A stretch of 40,278 bases of DNA from a virus, in the IMG/VR virus record IMGVR_UViG_3300027891_000003, positions 1-40,278 of that record, one strand, 5' to 3'. The translations under genes and the position numbers were made by a program. Positions 40,160 to 40,278 of this stretch are shown here, one piece after another (positions within the stretch are counted from its first letter, which is position 1; the number at the start of each line of letters is the position of its first letter). Under the pieces are notes generated by a model, which was given only the letters and a program-made list of their open reading frames with translations, was not told the DNA's origin and did not search any database.

Positions 40160-40278
40160 AATTGGATTTGTCATGGAAATTGGAGTTGACGAAATGATAT
40201 TGGATTGACTGCAAAGATGGCGAATGGATATATTCGATTAAGCAGAAAGTTTTTTTCAGGCCATTACTGGATTCAGGA
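40160..40278. repeat. Terminal direct repeat, copy 2
   Basis: Exact copy of nt 1-119, including the start of the replication gene. Confidence 0.95.

Overview
This window is a complete, closed genome of a temperate siphovirus-type tailed phage. It holds about 40,159 bp of unique sequence, and nt 1-119 recur exactly at 40160-40278. Almost all genes run on the + strand, in this order. Replication comes first: a lambda-O-like initiator with in-gene iterons and a DnaC/IstB-like loader (58-1705). Next are an ASCH-like protein, a ParB-domain/DNA-methyltransferase fusion and the large terminase. An accessory island (6650-9362) follows. The head module has a portal with a protease-like C-terminus, a Mu-gpT-like capsid protein and a DUF2190-like decoration protein. 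An atypical 6.5 kb block then carries lipoprotein, cysteine-peptidase, membrane and beta-helix genes. After it come head-tail connectors, the tail tube, the G/GT chaperone with an A_AAA_AAC slippery site, the tape measure, distal tail genes and holin-like genes. A roughly 0.7 kb structured non-coding region holds a tRNA-Phe-like 5' fragment. It is followed by a tyrosine integrase with an adjacent attP-like region and by conversion-type small genes. The rest comprises two repressor/promoter switch regions, YqaJ-exonuclease/RecT/RuvC-like recombination genes, and Lar/DUF551/DUF1599-type small genes. The few minus-strand genes are an ImmA-like peptidase with a TM partner, three DUF2513-like wHTH paralogues, a 51-aa ORF and one XRE repressor. 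Their putative promoters nearly all share one grammar, and they look like prophage-expressed morons. SHD1 and PATR-like beta-helix domains hint at a PVC-group host, but that is inference only. No rRNA, CRISPR array, transposase or reverse transcriptase was seen.
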